64,000 nucleotides of DNA from Polyangiales bacterium (GCA_964202905.1 CAXNJO010000007.1:64001-128000); one strand, 5' to 3'; shown: positions 47,443 to 61,281, numbered from the stretch's first letter. The notes: generated by a model from the letters alone, not told the origin. Made by a program: numbers and translations.

Positions 47443-47471
47443 TTGCGATCGCGGGTGGGCGATGGTACGAG
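47443..47471 (+). promoter_or_regulatory. Candidate smc promoter
   Basis: TTGCGA 47443-47448, N17, TACGAG 47466-47471 with TG extension; ATG at 47485. Confidence 0.4.
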
Positions 47472-47484
47472 GGCCGACCCCGCC

Positions 47485-51090
<3,606 letters not shown>

Positions 51091-51142
51091 GCGGGGCCTG
51101 CGTGGCGCGCGTTCACGCGCGGGGCGCTAACCGGGGAGCGGG

Positions 51143-52823
51143 ATGGGACACGGGGACGGTTCGGCGGGGAGCGGTGCATCGGAGGCGGGTGGGGGCGGCG
51201 CGCCGCGGGCCGGGCCTGCCGCCGCCGCTGCCGCGACGCGCAACGCCGTCCTCTGCGCAGGGAACGCCGCCGTCCGCGCCGGGCGTGCCGCCGTCCGCGC
51301 CGGGCCTGCCGCCGGCGATGCAGGCGCGCGCCGTCGCCCGTTTCGCGGGGTGCGGCGCCGCCGCCTTCGCAGGGCGCGGCGCCGTCCGCGCAGGTACGCC
51401 ACGTCCGCCGACGCCAGCCGCCCCGCTGGGCGCGGCGGCGCCCCATGCGCCGCGATGGCCGGTGCCCGGGCGCCTCCCGCCTCCGCGGTCTGCGGTCGCG
51501 CCGGCTCCGGCGCGCGTCGCGTCGCTGGCCTCGGAGGTGGCGGTCGCCAACGCGTCGCCGGCCGGTCCGGGGCGCGCGCCGACCTCCGCGTCGGGAGGCG
51601 AGCCGGAGCGCCCGTTCACGGCCCTGCCGATCCGCACGCCACCGCCGCTTCGTGCCCCGCTTGCGTCGGACGGCGCGCCCGGTGCGGTCCAGGGAACGGC
51701 CGCGGCGTCTCCGATCGCGCCGCTGTCGGCCGCGCCCGGGCTCGATGAGGGCGCTCGCTCGGCCGGGGCGTCGACCCCGACGGGGGCGTCGTCGGGACGT
51801 GGCTCGTCGCTGCCGCCCGTCGCGTCGCCGCCCGTCGCGTCGCCGCCCGTCGCGTCGCCGCCCGGCTTCTTCGCGCGGCGTCCGTCGGATGCGCCGCCAC
51901 CGGTTGCCGCCGTGCTCGACGCGGGGCGCATGGCCAGCCTGCAGCGCGACGTCGCCGAGTTGCGCGAGCGGTCGAGCGGCTGGACGGACGCGCTCGCCGG
52001 CCTGCGGGACGCGCTGGAGCGCCTCGACGCACAAGCCGCGCACGCCGCGGGGCGTGAGGCGCAGCGGGAGGCGCTCCTCGGCGCGGGCGGGCTGATCGAC
52101 GCGCGACTCGGGGCCCTCGAGGCGGGCAGCGCTGCGGCCGCTGCACACGTCGACGCGGTCGCGGCAGCCCTCGTCGGCACGCAGGTGGCGCTCGGCGCGT
52201 CCGAGGCGCGCGCCGCCGCGCTCGCCGCGCAGGTCGACACGCTCGCGGGCGCGCTCGACACGACGCGTGAGGCGCTGCACGCCGGGGACGCGCGCGCCGC
52301 ATCGCTCGGCGCGCGCATCGAGGAGCTCACCGCGTCCCTCGCGCCCGCGCTGCACGCCCTCGAGGCGGCGACGTCGCGGATCGCGACGCTCGAGCGACGC
52401 GCCGACGCGCAGGACGCAGCCGTCGACGCATCGCGGTCGACCGACGCGCGGCGGACGACGGCTGCGCACGCGCCGCGCACGGATGCTCCAGCGGAGAACC
52501 CCGCGCGGGACGACGTGCCGTCTCACGCCGGGGCGAAGGATGCTGCGGTGCCCGAGCCATCCGCCGACGCACCACCCCCGACCAACGCTGCGCCGATGCC
52601 GACGAGGGCGTCACGCGTGCCCATCGATCTGCGGCGTATCAAGGGGATCGGCCCGAAGTTCGCGCAGGCGCTCGCGGCCGCGGGCATCGTCGATGCCCAC
52701 GGGATCGCGGACTGGGCCCCGGCGGATGTCGCGCGCGCTGCGGCGGTCGTCGGCGTGCGTCCCGAGCGCATCGAGCGCGACGACTGGGTCGGACAAGCGC
52801 GCGCGCTCCGCGACGCCCCGTGA
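51143..52823 (+). CDS. Pro-rich + coiled-coil + C-terminal helix-hairpin-helix protein (5' part probably frameshifted)
   Basis: C-terminal 'DLRRIKGIGPKFAQALAAAGI..IADW..RIERDDWVGQA' HhH motif. ATG 51143 has SD GGGGAG but is in a different frame from ORF 51087..52823. Confidence 0.65.
51813..51864 (+). repeat. 15-bp tandem repeat, 3 copies plus a partial copy (CCGCCCGTCGCGTCG; PPVAS)
   Basis: Copies at 51813-51827, 51828-51842, 51843-51857, plus a partial copy. Confidence 0.9.
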
Positions 52824-52873
52824 GTGGCGCGCCGCGCTTCCGTGCGTAGCTCGAAAAGCGGAGGGATCCGCCC

Positions 52874-53476
52874 ATGACTGAAGCGCCCACCCCCGCACAG
52901 CGGCTCGCCGTGGCCGTCGACTTCACGCCCGCCTCGGAGCACGCGCTCGACGCCGCGATCGCGCTCGCACAGCGCGTCCCGCACACGGCCATCCACGTCG
53001 TGCACGTCCTGCCCATCGACCCGTGGATCAAGGCGGACGGTCTCCCGCGCGAGAGCGCCGCCATGGAGGCCGCGAGCCGCAAGTTGCGCGAGCTCGTCCT
53101 CGAGGTCGGCATGCGCGCGCCCGGTCGCCGCTGGGACCAGAAGGTCTCCTTCCATGTGCGGCTCGGGGACGCGGTCGAGGCCATCCTGCAACTGGCGGTC
53201 GACGTCGATGCCGACCTGCTCATCGTCGGCACGCACGGGCGGCGCGGTCTCGAGCGCCTGCTGCTCGGCTCGGTCGCGACGCGCCTCGTGATGGAGGCGC
53301 ACCTGCCTGTCTTCGTCGCGCGCCCGAAGGAGTTCGAAGGCCTCCCGCGGAGCGAGGTGCCCGCGCTGCCCGCCGCGGGCATGGCCGGCTCGCAGCCGCC
53401 CGACGCGCCGCGCTCGGATCAGCGGGCGGTGCTCGCGCTCGGCGCCCGCACGCCGCACGTCAGCGGGCTTGTTTGA
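52874..53476 (+). CDS. Universal stress protein (USP)
   Basis: 'AVAVDFTPASEHAL', 'GDAVEAIL..DADLLIVGTHGRRGLERLLLGSVA'; SD GGAGG. Confidence 0.92.
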   Translation: MTEAPTPAQRLAVAVDFTPASEHALDAAIALAQRVPHTAIHVVHVLPIDPWIKADGLPRESAAMEAASRKLRELVLEVGMRAPGRRWDQKVSFHVRLGDAVEAILQLAVDVDADLLIVGTHGRRGLERLLLGSVATRLVMEAHLPVFVARPKEFEGLPRSEVPALPAAGMAGSQPPDAPRSDQRAVLALGARTPHVSGLV

Positions 53477-53618
53477 TGTGTTGTGTCATCAGGAGCGCAG
53501 ACCCGCGGCGCCTCGTCTTGCGCGGCGTCGTGCCGGGCGTCCGCCCCATGAAGCCGACCCGACCGGGCCGGGCGCGTCGGCCGGCTCGGCGAACGCGTGG
53601 CCCGCGCCGCGGTCACTC

Positions 53619-54230
53619 CTAGCCGGATTGCCCTCGGAAGCGGTCGTCCTCGTCCCGGAAGAGCACGTTGAACGTGGTGAGCGAGCCGTAGCAGGCGGTG
53701 ATGTACTGCTGGAGCTGCACCTTCTCGTCGGCGGCGAGATCGCTGCCGTTCACCTTCTGCTCGAGCACGCGGAGTTTGTCGCGGATCATCACGATCTTGT
53801 GGAAGAGCGCGTCGATCGGGACGCGCTTCTCCTGCGTGTCCTTCTTGCCGGGGACGAGCACGACCTCGCCGCCGCGCCAGCGATCACCGAGCGCCGCGTC
53901 GCCCACGCCGAGCTCGTCGCGCAGCACCTCCGTCAGCACACGCCGGAACTCTGCCTGGTCCATGTCGAGGTCGATCTCCCGAGGAAGCGGCCGCTTGGGG
54001 GCGGGCGCGTCGTCCTCTTGCAGTCGCCGTGGCGTCCCGGCCGCGGCGGGTCTCTTCTTCGTCCAGCCATCCCAGCTCGCGCCGAGCGCCTTGTAGCTCG
54101 CGCACGTCCCCGTCTCGGGCTTGCGGGCCTTCCAGATGCGGCAGTCGCCGACCTGGACCTCCGCGCCTTCGACGTAGTAACGCGCGAAGAAGGCGCACGT
54201 CCCGCAGCGCCCGGTGAGGTCGCGTTCCAT
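53619..54230 (-). CDS. Hypothetical protein: N-terminal 4-Cys metal-binding motif + C-terminal helical domain
   Basis: 'CGTCAFF..GDC..GTCASY'; C-terminal 'VPIDALFHKIVMIRDKLRVLEQKVN..LQQYITACYGSLTTFNVLF'. Confidence 0.75.
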   Translation of the reverse strand: MERDLTGRCGTCAFFARYYVEGAEVQVGDCRIWKARKPETGTCASYKALGASWDGWTKKRPAAAGTPRRLQEDDAPAPKRPLPREIDLDMDQAEFRRVLTEVLRDELGVGDAALGDRWRGGEVVLVPGKKDTQEKRVPIDALFHKIVMIRDKLRVLEQKVNGSDLAADEKVQLQQYITACYGSLTTFNVLFRDEDDRFRGQSG

Positions 54231-54266
54231 CGGCGGGGCGAGGATAGCGCGCCAACCGGCGCGGCG

Positions 54267-55106
54267 TCAGCCCCGGACGCGGAGGACGTCCACGGGGTCG
54301 CCGACGCGCAGCGGCCCCGCGCCCTCGTGGAGCGCGTTCCACCCGAAGTATGTGCTCGACGCGGAGACGCCGACGAATCCGAGGTCCGCGCCTCGGCGGA
54401 ACTGCGCGAGCGTGCGCAGGGGCTCGGCGCCCGGCGCGCCCGTCTCCGGGTCGACGAGCGTGATGCTGCAGCGCGCGCACGGTTTCACGAGCGTCAGCGT
54501 CACGTCACCGATGCGCAGCACGCGCCAGTCGTCCTCTTCCCACGCCGCGCTTCCCGCGATCACGACGTTCGGGCGGAAGCGCGCCATCGCGAGCGGCGTG
54601 GCCCCGCGGCGCGCGAGGTCGGCGAGCGACGCGTCCGTGGCGACGAGCAGAGGAAAACCGTCGCTCAGCCCGGTGCGCGCGCCGAGGGACGCGTAGCGTG
54701 TGTCGACCTGCCGCCCCGCGTCGACGGGCAGGTACACGAGGCGCACGGGCGCGTCGAGCCACGCGGAGAACCAGGCGCCGGCCTCGTCGCCGCAGTCGCG
54801 CACGCGCACGTCGTCGGCCCACACGCGCGCATCGCGGGAGGGCGTCGACGCGTCGGGCGTCGCGACGTGCAGCGCCTCGCGCGCGGGTGCCTCGAGCACG
54901 AGCCCGCCCTCGACGCGTTGGGCGGATACCATCGCCAGGGATGGTTGCTCGCGCTGCGTGACGAAGCGGCCGCGTGCGTCGACCAGCATGAAGCGGCGAT
55001 CGTCGATGGCGCCGAGCGCGTCGAGGGGCAGGGCGTCCACGCGCTCGCCCGCGCAACTCTTGACGGGGTGCACGTAGAGCGCGGAGATGCGCGAGGGCGG
55101 GCTCAT
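54267..55106 (-). CDS. MOSC domain protein (YcbX/mARC-like)
   Basis: 'ISALYVHPVKSCAG', 'DRRFML', 'DGFPLL', 'RFRPNVV', 'KPCARC'. Confidence 0.92.
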   Translation of the reverse strand: MSPPSRISALYVHPVKSCAGERVDALPLDALGAIDDRRFMLVDARGRFVTQREQPSLAMVSAQRVEGGLVLEAPAREALHVATPDASTPSRDARVWADDVRVRDCGDEAGAWFSAWLDAPVRLVYLPVDAGRQVDTRYASLGARTGLSDGFPLLVATDASLADLARRGATPLAMARFRPNVVIAGSAAWEEDDWRVLRIGDVTLTLVKPCARCSITLVDPETGAPGAEPLRTLAQFRRGADLGFVGVSASSTYFGWNALHEGAGPLRVGDPVDVLRVRG

Positions 55107-55119
55107 GGGGCGCCTTCGC

Positions 55120-56562
55120 TCAGACGCCGCCGCGGCCCGCCGTCGCGCCGCGCGCCGTTCGCGTCGCAGGGCGCGCCGCGCCGCGCTCACGAGCGCCTCG
55201 CGAAGGGCGAGGGAAACTGCCGAAGCGCGCCGTGGAGCGTGACGGGGCTGACGCGGTGCTCGTCGCGCCGTCGAGCGCCATCGATGCCGACGGCGGCGGC
55301 GCGGCGAGGCTCCCGCTCGACGATTCGGGCGCGTCGCTCGGACGGTCCTGCACGAGGTTCACGTCGTCGAGGCGCAGCGAGAGCGACTGCGAGAGCGCCC
55401 AGAGGAACTTCGCGGCGATGAGCGGCTCCTGGCTCATCAGCGCGGAGAACGACGCGCGATCGAGCACGAGCATGTGGCTCGGCAGCCGCGCGAGGACGGT
55501 CGCGGTGCGCGGCCGTCGGTTGAGCAGCGCCATCTCGCCGAAATGCCGGCCCGCCTCGAGGTCCGCGACGGTCTGCCCTCCGCGCTGCACGCGCGCGGCG
55601 CCCTCGACGAGGATGTAGAGCCCATCCGTCGTCTCCCCCTCGCGGACGACCACCTCGCCCGCGGGCACCTCGACGGGGTGCGCGACGTGCAGGATGCGCG
55701 CGAGCTCCGGCATCGTCATCTCGCGGAACAGCGTCACGCGGCGCAGCGTCTCGAACTGCGCGTGCACCTGCGAGGCCCGCGTCGTCTCCTCGACGGCGAG
55801 CTCTTCCTGCGCCGCGACGTGCAGGAGCACGGCCGTGATGTTGTCGGCGCCGCCGCGCGCGTTCGCGAGCTGCACGAGCTCCTGCGCGAGCCCCTGGGTC
55901 ACCTCGCGCCCGAGCCACTGCATCAGCTCGCGCGCGTCCGGGGTGTACTGGTGCAGGCCGTCCGAGCAGAGCAGGAGCGTGTCGCCCGGCAGGACGTCGA
56001 AGACGAGCACGTCGACCTGTACGTTGGGCTGCGGCCCGACGGCGCGCGTCACCATGTTCCCGTGCGTGCTGCCGACCGCCTGCGCCGGGGTGAGCACGCC
56101 GTGACGGATCGCCTCGGCGAGGAACGTGTGGTCGTCGCTCATCTGGTAGAGTTGCCCGGCCCGAAGCAGGTACACGCGCGAGTCACCCACGTGCGCCATG
56201 GCCGCCTTGCCGCCGAGCACGAGGAGCGCGGTGCAGGTCGTGCCCATGCCGCGCCGGTTCTTGTCGGAGGCGCCGAGCGCGTGGATCACCTCGGAGGCCG
56301 TCACGATCGCGCCACGCAGCAGCCCGGCCGCGACGTCCATGGGCGCGCCGCCGTGCTGCACGTCGGAGAGCGCGTCGCGGTGTTTGCGCAGCTCCGATTG
56401 CACGGTCGCGCAGGCCGTGGCGGAGGCGACCTCGCCGGCTGCGTGCCCACCCATGCCATCGCAGACGATGAAGAGCCCGAGGTCCGGGTCGACGAGGTGG
56501 GCGTCCTCGTTGCCGGAGCGGGACCGTCCGACATCCGAGATGGCGTGCGCGGTGAGGTTCAC
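55120..56562 (-). CDS. PP2C (PPM) Ser/Thr phosphatase fused to a cNMP-binding domain
   Basis: 'NEDA', 'VCDGMGGHAAGEVAS', 'MGTT', 'HVGDSR', 'LCSDGL', 'GGADNIT'; then 'VVREGE..GLYILVEG..FGEMALL..PRTATV'. The last ~30 codons may be frameshifted (alternative stop at 55187). Confidence 0.92.
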   Translation of the reverse strand: MNLTAHAISDVGRSRSGNEDAHLVDPDLGLFIVCDGMGGHAAGEVASATACATVQSELRKHRDALSDVQHGGAPMDVAAGLLRGAIVTASEVIHALGASDKNRRGMGTTCTALLVLGGKAAMAHVGDSRVYLLRAGQLYQMSDDHTFLAEAIRHGVLTPAQAVGSTHGNMVTRAVGPQPNVQVDVLVFDVLPGDTLLLCSDGLHQYTPDARELMQWLGREVTQGLAQELVQLANARGGADNITAVLLHVAAQEELAVEETTRASQVHAQFETLRRVTLFREMTMPELARILHVAHPVEVPAGEVVVREGETTDGLYILVEGAARVQRGGQTVADLEAGRHFGEMALLNRRPRTATVLARLPSHMLVLDRASFSALMSQEPLIAAKFLWALSQSLSLRLDDVNLVQDRPSDAPESSSGSLAAPPPSASMALDGATSTASAPSRSTARFGSFPRPSRGARERGAARPATRTARGATAGRGGV

Positions 56563-56581
56563 GCGCGCGAAACTGCCACAG
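56563..56581 (-). promoter_or_regulatory. 19-nt motif CTGTGGCAGTTTCGCGCGC abutting the start codon (extended -10-like)
   Basis: 17/19 identical to the motif at 36982-37000. Confidence 0.55.
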
Positions 56582-56753
56582 CACCTCGGCGTTCGGGAAG
56601 GGGCGCGATCGGGCGCGGCGCGTGTCGGTGTGCGGATGGCGTGTCGCGGGATGACCGCCCCGGGCCCGTGCGCGGACCGCGCGTGCGGCAGCGGCGCCGT
56701 TCGGTGCCGCGTCGTGCTTGCGGGGGCGGGCGGCGATGCCCTATGACCGGCGC

Positions 56754-58805
56754 GTGAACGCCGCCACCGCGCCCAACCCCTTCCTCGACGTCCAACTCCC
56801 GATCCGCTGGGGCGCGCTCACGCCCGACCACATCGAGCCCGCGGTCGAAGTGCTGCTCGCGGACGCGCGCGCGGGCCTCGCGCGCATCGGTGCCGGGGGC
56901 GGCGTCGGCCGCTACGAGGAGGTGCTCGGCGCGCTCGACGAGGCGACCGCGCGGCTCGAGGTCGTGATGTCGCTCGTCTCGCACCTCGAGGCGACGTGCA
57001 CCGGGCCCGCGATTCGCGCGGCGTACGACGCGGTGCGCCCCGCCGTGAGCGACTTCTACGCGGGGATTCCGCTCGATCCGGCCCTCTGGGCGGCGCTCAA
57101 GCGCTGGGCGGCGACGCCGGAGGCCGCGTCGCTCACCGGTGCGCAGCGGCGCTTCCTCGACAAGACGCTCGACGAGTTCCGGCGCAGCGGCGCCGATCTC
57201 GACGCGGCGGGCAAGGATCGTCTGCGCGCGCTCAGCGTCGAGCTCGCGGACGTCACGTCGAAGTTCTCGCAGCACGTCGTCGATGCGACGGCCGCGTTCT
57301 CCCTGCGGATCGACGACCCCGCGCGGATCGTCGGGCTCCCCGGCCGCGCGCGCGACGCGGCCCGCGCGGCCGCCGAGGCGCGCGGCGAGGAGGGTTGGCG
57401 CTTCGGCCTCGACGCCCCGAGCTACCTCGCGGTGCTCACGCACGCCGAGGATCGCACGCTCCGCGAGGCGCTCTGGCGGGCGTTCGCGACGCGGGCGACG
57501 CGCGGCGAGCACGACAACCGCAGCCTCGTCGCGCGCATCGTCGCGCTCCGCCACGAGCAGGCGCAGCTGCTCGGCTTCCGCGACTTCGCCGATTACGTGC
57601 TCGCCGACCGGATGGCGAAGGACGGCGCGACGGCCGACGCCTTCGTCGCGCGGCTCGAGGCGCGGACGCGGCCGGCCTTCGAGCGTGAGACGCGCGAGTT
57701 GTTCGAGTTCCGCCGCAGCCTCGAGGGGCCCGACGCGGCGCCGCTCGCGCCCTGGGACATCGCCTTCTACGCCGAGCGGCAGCGCCGCGCGCGCTACGAC
57801 TTCGACGAGGAGGCGCTGCGCCCGTATCTCCCTGCGGATCAGGCGATCGAGGGCGTCTTCGAGGTCGCGCGGCGCCTCTACGGGGTGCGCGTGATCTCGC
57901 TGCCGGACGCGCCCGTCTGGCACGCGTCGGTGCACGCCTTCGCGATGCACGACGAGACGGACGCGCCGCTCGGCGTCTTCTATCTCGACCTCTTCCCGCG
58001 CGCGACGAAGCGGGACGGCGCGTGGATGGGGCCCTTCGTCACGGGGCTGCCCGGCGCGCAGCACGCCGCCACGATCTGCGCGAACCTCACGCCGCCGACG
58101 GCCGTTGGGCCCTCGTTGCTCACGCACCGCGAGCTCGAGACGCTCTTCCACGAGTTCGGGCACCTGCTCCACCACCTGCTCTCCGGTGTCGAGGTCCGCT
58201 CGCTCGCCGGCACGCGCGTCGCATGGGATTTCGTCGAACTCCCCTCGCAGATCATGGAGAACTGGTGCTGGGAGCGCGGCGGACTCGACCTCGTCGCGCG
58301 GCACGTCGAGACGGGCGCGCGCGTGCCGGACGACCTCTTCGAGAAGCTGCTCCGCGCGAAGAACTTCCGCGCCGCGACCGATCAGATGCGCCAGCTCGGC
58401 TTCGGCGCCGTCGACCTCGCGCTGCACCGCCGCTACGACCCGGCGCGCGACGGGGACGTCGTCGCCTTCGCGCGGGACATCCTCGCGCGGCACAGCGTCA
58501 CGGCGCTCCCCGACGACTACGCGATGATCGCGAGCTTCGGGCACCTCTTCGGCAGCCCGGTCGGCTATGCGGCCGCGTACTACTCGTACAAGTGGGCCGA
58601 GGTGCTCGACGCCGACGCCTTCACGCGCTTCCGCGCCGAGGGCATCTTCAGCCGCGAGGTCGGCACCTCGTTCCGCACGGAGGTCCTCTCGCGCGGTGAC
58701 GGCGAGGACCCGCTCGTGCTCTACCGTCGCTTCATGGGGCGCGACCCGGACCCGGACGCGATGCTCGTGCGCGCGGGCCTGCTCGAGGCCGCGCCCGCGG
58801 GCTGA
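56754..58805 (+). CDS. prlC: M3 family oligopeptidase A
   Basis: 'TLFHEFGHLLHH', 'WDFVELPSQIMENW', 'FGHLF..GYAAAYYSYKWAEVLDADAF'. Confidence 0.92.
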   Translation: MNAATAPNPFLDVQLPIRWGALTPDHIEPAVEVLLADARAGLARIGAGGGVGRYEEVLGALDEATARLEVVMSLVSHLEATCTGPAIRAAYDAVRPAVSDFYAGIPLDPALWAALKRWAATPEAASLTGAQRRFLDKTLDEFRRSGADLDAAGKDRLRALSVELADVTSKFSQHVVDATAAFSLRIDDPARIVGLPGRARDAARAAAEARGEEGWRFGLDAPSYLAVLTHAEDRTLREALWRAFATRATRGEHDNRSLVARIVALRHEQAQLLGFRDFADYVLADRMAKDGATADAFVARLEARTRPAFERETRELFEFRRSLEGPDAAPLAPWDIAFYAERQRRARYDFDEEALRPYLPADQAIEGVFEVARRLYGVRVISLPDAPVWHASVHAFAMHDETDAPLGVFYLDLFPRATKRDGAWMGPFVTGLPGAQHAATICANLTPPTAVGPSLLTHRELETLFHEFGHLLHHLLSGVEVRSLAGTRVAWDFVELPSQIMENWCWERGGLDLVARHVETGARVPDDLFEKLLRAKNFRAATDQMRQLGFGAVDLALHRRYDPARDGDVVAFARDILARHSVTALPDDYAMIASFGHLFGSPVGYAAAYYSYKWAEVLDADAFTRFRAEGIFSREVGTSFRTEVLSRGDGEDPLVLYRRFMGRDPDPDAMLVRAGLLEAAPAG

Positions 58806-58848
58806 GGGCGCCGTTGCAGTCCCCGGTGGCCCACGGCAAGCTCGCCCG

Positions 58849-59196
58849 ATGATTCGACTCGGCGCCGACTGGCAGCGGCTCATGGACAGCTACGAGCAGG
58901 CCCACCGCGATCCGCGCAATCAGGCGTGTCATGCGGTCGGCATCCCGATGATCGCCGCGAGCCTGCCCATCGCCGCGACGATCGTCGGCCTGCCGCTCGG
59001 CGCGTCGATGTTCACCGTGGGGTGGGGCTTCCAGTTCCTCGGCCACTGGTTCGAGGGCACGGACCCGGAGTTCCTCTCCGACAAGCGCAGCCTCGCCATC
59101 GGGTTGATCTGGTGGCTGAAGAAGCGCGGGATCGAGGTCGTCGAGTTCGAGGACGCGCCGGGGAACGACGCGCGCGCCGACGTCGCGGCGCACTGA
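58849..59196 (+). CDS. DUF962/Mpo1-like membrane protein
   Basis: 'YEQAHRDPRNQACHAVGIP', 'GWGFQFLGHWFEG..P.F'. Confidence 0.85.
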   Translation: MIRLGADWQRLMDSYEQAHRDPRNQACHAVGIPMIAASLPIAATIVGLPLGASMFTVGWGFQFLGHWFEGTDPEFLSDKRSLAIGLIWWLKKRGIEVVEFEDAPGNDARADVAAH

Positions 59197-59209
59197 GGCC
59201 GAACGGGCG

Positions 59210-59929
59210 ATGGGTACGCTCGTCCTCGTGCGCCACGGGCAGGCGTCGTCGCTCACGGTCGGCGACTACGACCAGCTGTCGCCGCTCGGCACGCAGCAGG
59301 CGCAGTTGCTCGGCGCGCACTGGGCCGCGCGGTCGCGCGGCTTCGATCACGTCTACGTCGGGCCGCGACGCCGGCACGCGCAGACGCACGCGGAGGTCGC
59401 CGCGGCCTACGCGTCGCGCGGCGTGCCGTGGCCTGCGCCGCAGCCCCTCGACGCGCTCGACGAGCACCACGGGATGGTCGTCGTGCGCGAGGCCGTGCCC
59501 GCGCTCGCGGCGCGCGACGCCGAGCTCGCGGGCTGGGTCGAGTCGCTCGCGCGCGGCGAGGCGGGGGACGCCGTGCTGCTGCGGATCTTCCGCCGCGCGA
59601 TGCGCGCCTGGGCGGGCGGCGAGGTGCCCGAGCGCGACGATGGCCCCGAGTCGTTCCGCGCCTTCCGTGCGCGCGTGCGCGGCGGCGTGCGCGCGATGCT
59701 CGCGGGGGCGCAGCAGGGGCAGCGCATCGCGGCGTTCACCTCGGGCGGCACCGCCGCGGCGGCCGTCTGCGACGCGCTCGACATCGACGACGCCCGCGCG
59801 ATGGACCTGAGCTTCGCGATCCGCAACGCCTCGTACTGCGAGCTCCGCTACACGGGCGAGCGCGCCTCGCTCAGCGTGTTCAACGCGACCCCGCACCTCG
59901 ACGACGAGGCGCTGCTCACGATGGTGTAG
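59210..59929 (+). CDS. Histidine phosphatase family protein
   Basis: 'LVLVRHGQAS..YDQLSPLG..QA', 'ESF..F..RV', 'FTSGG', 'NAS..FN..PHL'. Confidence 0.9.
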   Translation: MGTLVLVRHGQASSLTVGDYDQLSPLGTQQAQLLGAHWAARSRGFDHVYVGPRRRHAQTHAEVAAAYASRGVPWPAPQPLDALDEHHGMVVVREAVPALAARDAELAGWVESLARGEAGDAVLLRIFRRAMRAWAGGEVPERDDGPESFRAFRARVRGGVRAMLAGAQQGQRIAAFTSGGTAAAAVCDALDIDDARAMDLSFAIRNASYCELRYTGERASLSVFNATPHLDDEALLTMV

Positions 59930-60058
59930 CCGCCCGCGCCGTCGATCGCGTCGCCGAGCGCGTGCGCGATCACGCCGTCGACCGCGTCGCCGCTCAGGGG
60001 CACGCGGGCCTCGTGGTCGCGCACCGCGTACCGCGTACCGCGCGCGACACCGCGGCGA

Positions 60059-61105
60059 TCAGCCCGCGGCCTCGAGGAACGCGTCGAGCACCGGCGCGAG
60101 CGAGCGCAAACCTTCGATCACCGCGCCCTCTGCGCCGTACGCGGCGTTGATCGCGGCGACGAGGCGCTCCGGCGTCGGCGGCCCGCCCACGATCGCGTCG
60201 CGGAGCCGCGCGGCCCCGTCATCGTCGGCGAAGAAGTCGCCCGCGAGCCGCGCGTCCGCGACGAGGCCCCCCGTGACGCGCAGCCCGGCTGCGACGAAGC
60301 CGATCGGCACCTCCCGCGGCCCGCTCCAACGCAGGGCGTCGTCGTCGTCGGGCCGAGCCGCGTCGCGCGCCGCGAGGTCCGCGAGCGACGCGACGTCGGG
60401 AGGGGCGGTGGGCGCGGCGTCGAGGCCGTACGTCGCGACCCAGCCGCGCGCGAGCACGCAGGCGACGAGGGCGTCGGCGTCCGGCGCAGCGTCGCCGGGG
60501 CGCCTCGCGGCGAACGCCTCGGCGAACGTGAGGGGGGCCTTCGGTGTCATGGCCGCGTCGGTGCGCGGCGGGTAGGCGATGCAGGTGGGGTCCGGCACGT
60601 GGTGCGCCGTCGCGCCGACGAAGAACTCGAGCAGCACGTGACCGCGCGCGTCGCGGGACCAGCCGCAGCCGATGGCCGGGCGCCGATCGAGGCTGAGGAA
60701 CTCGCGCCCGAAGTAGTGCACGGGCAGGCCCGCCGCGCCGAGCCCCGCGAGCGCGCCGCGCACGTTGCGGTTGAGCACGCGGTCGCGCGGGCAGTCGAGC
60801 AGCGTCGACGCCGTGCGCAGGCCGAGCGCGAGGTACGCGACGCCCTCGCCGGCGCGGTAGGTCGGGCCGCCCGTCGCGCGCCGCACCGCGTGCGTGCCGC
60901 GCGCGCGGAGTCGCGCGAGATCGAGCGCGTGCGCGCTGCGCTGGTGCGCGCCGAGCGTGACGGAGTCGCCCGTGAGCGCGGCGCCGTAGAGCGCGACCGC
61001 GGGCGCATCGGGCCACGCGACGCGCGCGGCGAGGGCGGCCCCCTCGGCGAGCGCCTGCGCGGCGGGGCGGGGGCCTGCGTGGCAGACGGAGGCGCGGGCG
61101 GTCAC
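60059..61105 (-). CDS. Lipoate-protein ligase A-like fold protein (catalytic motif appears degenerate)
   Basis: 'VTLGAHQ', 'VRRATGG', C-terminal 'ARLAGDFF'; GTG 61105 chosen because TACAAC lies 9 nt upstream. Confidence 0.6.
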   Translation of the reverse strand: MTARASVCHAGPRPAAQALAEGAALAARVAWPDAPAVALYGAALTGDSVTLGAHQRSAHALDLARLRARGTHAVRRATGGPTYRAGEGVAYLALGLRTASTLLDCPRDRVLNRNVRGALAGLGAAGLPVHYFGREFLSLDRRPAIGCGWSRDARGHVLLEFFVGATAHHVPDPTCIAYPPRTDAAMTPKAPLTFAEAFAARRPGDAAPDADALVACVLARGWVATYGLDAAPTAPPDVASLADLAARDAARPDDDDALRWSGPREVPIGFVAAGLRVTGGLVADARLAGDFFADDDGAARLRDAIVGGPPTPERLVAAINAAYGAEGAVIEGLRSLAPVLDAFLEAAG

Positions 61106-61281
61106 GGCGTCCGCGTTGTAGGTCGTCGCGCGCGTCGGCGGTAGCCCACCGGCGTCCGCCTGCGCGGCCCCGTCCGTGGCACGGCGCGGCGTCGCCCACG
61201 TCGCGCGCGTTCCCAGGACGGCGGCGCCGATCGTGCGCGGGCGCTTTCCGCGCGGGTCCCGGGGCCCCACGATGGGACGCC

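Noticed and set aside
59937..60043. Two 20-bp near-identical direct repeats 36 nt apart plus short ACCGCGT tandem copies between convergent genes
   Set aside because: Only two copies with a 16-nt spacer and no cas genes in the window; not a CRISPR array, and similar GC-rich matches can arise by chance.
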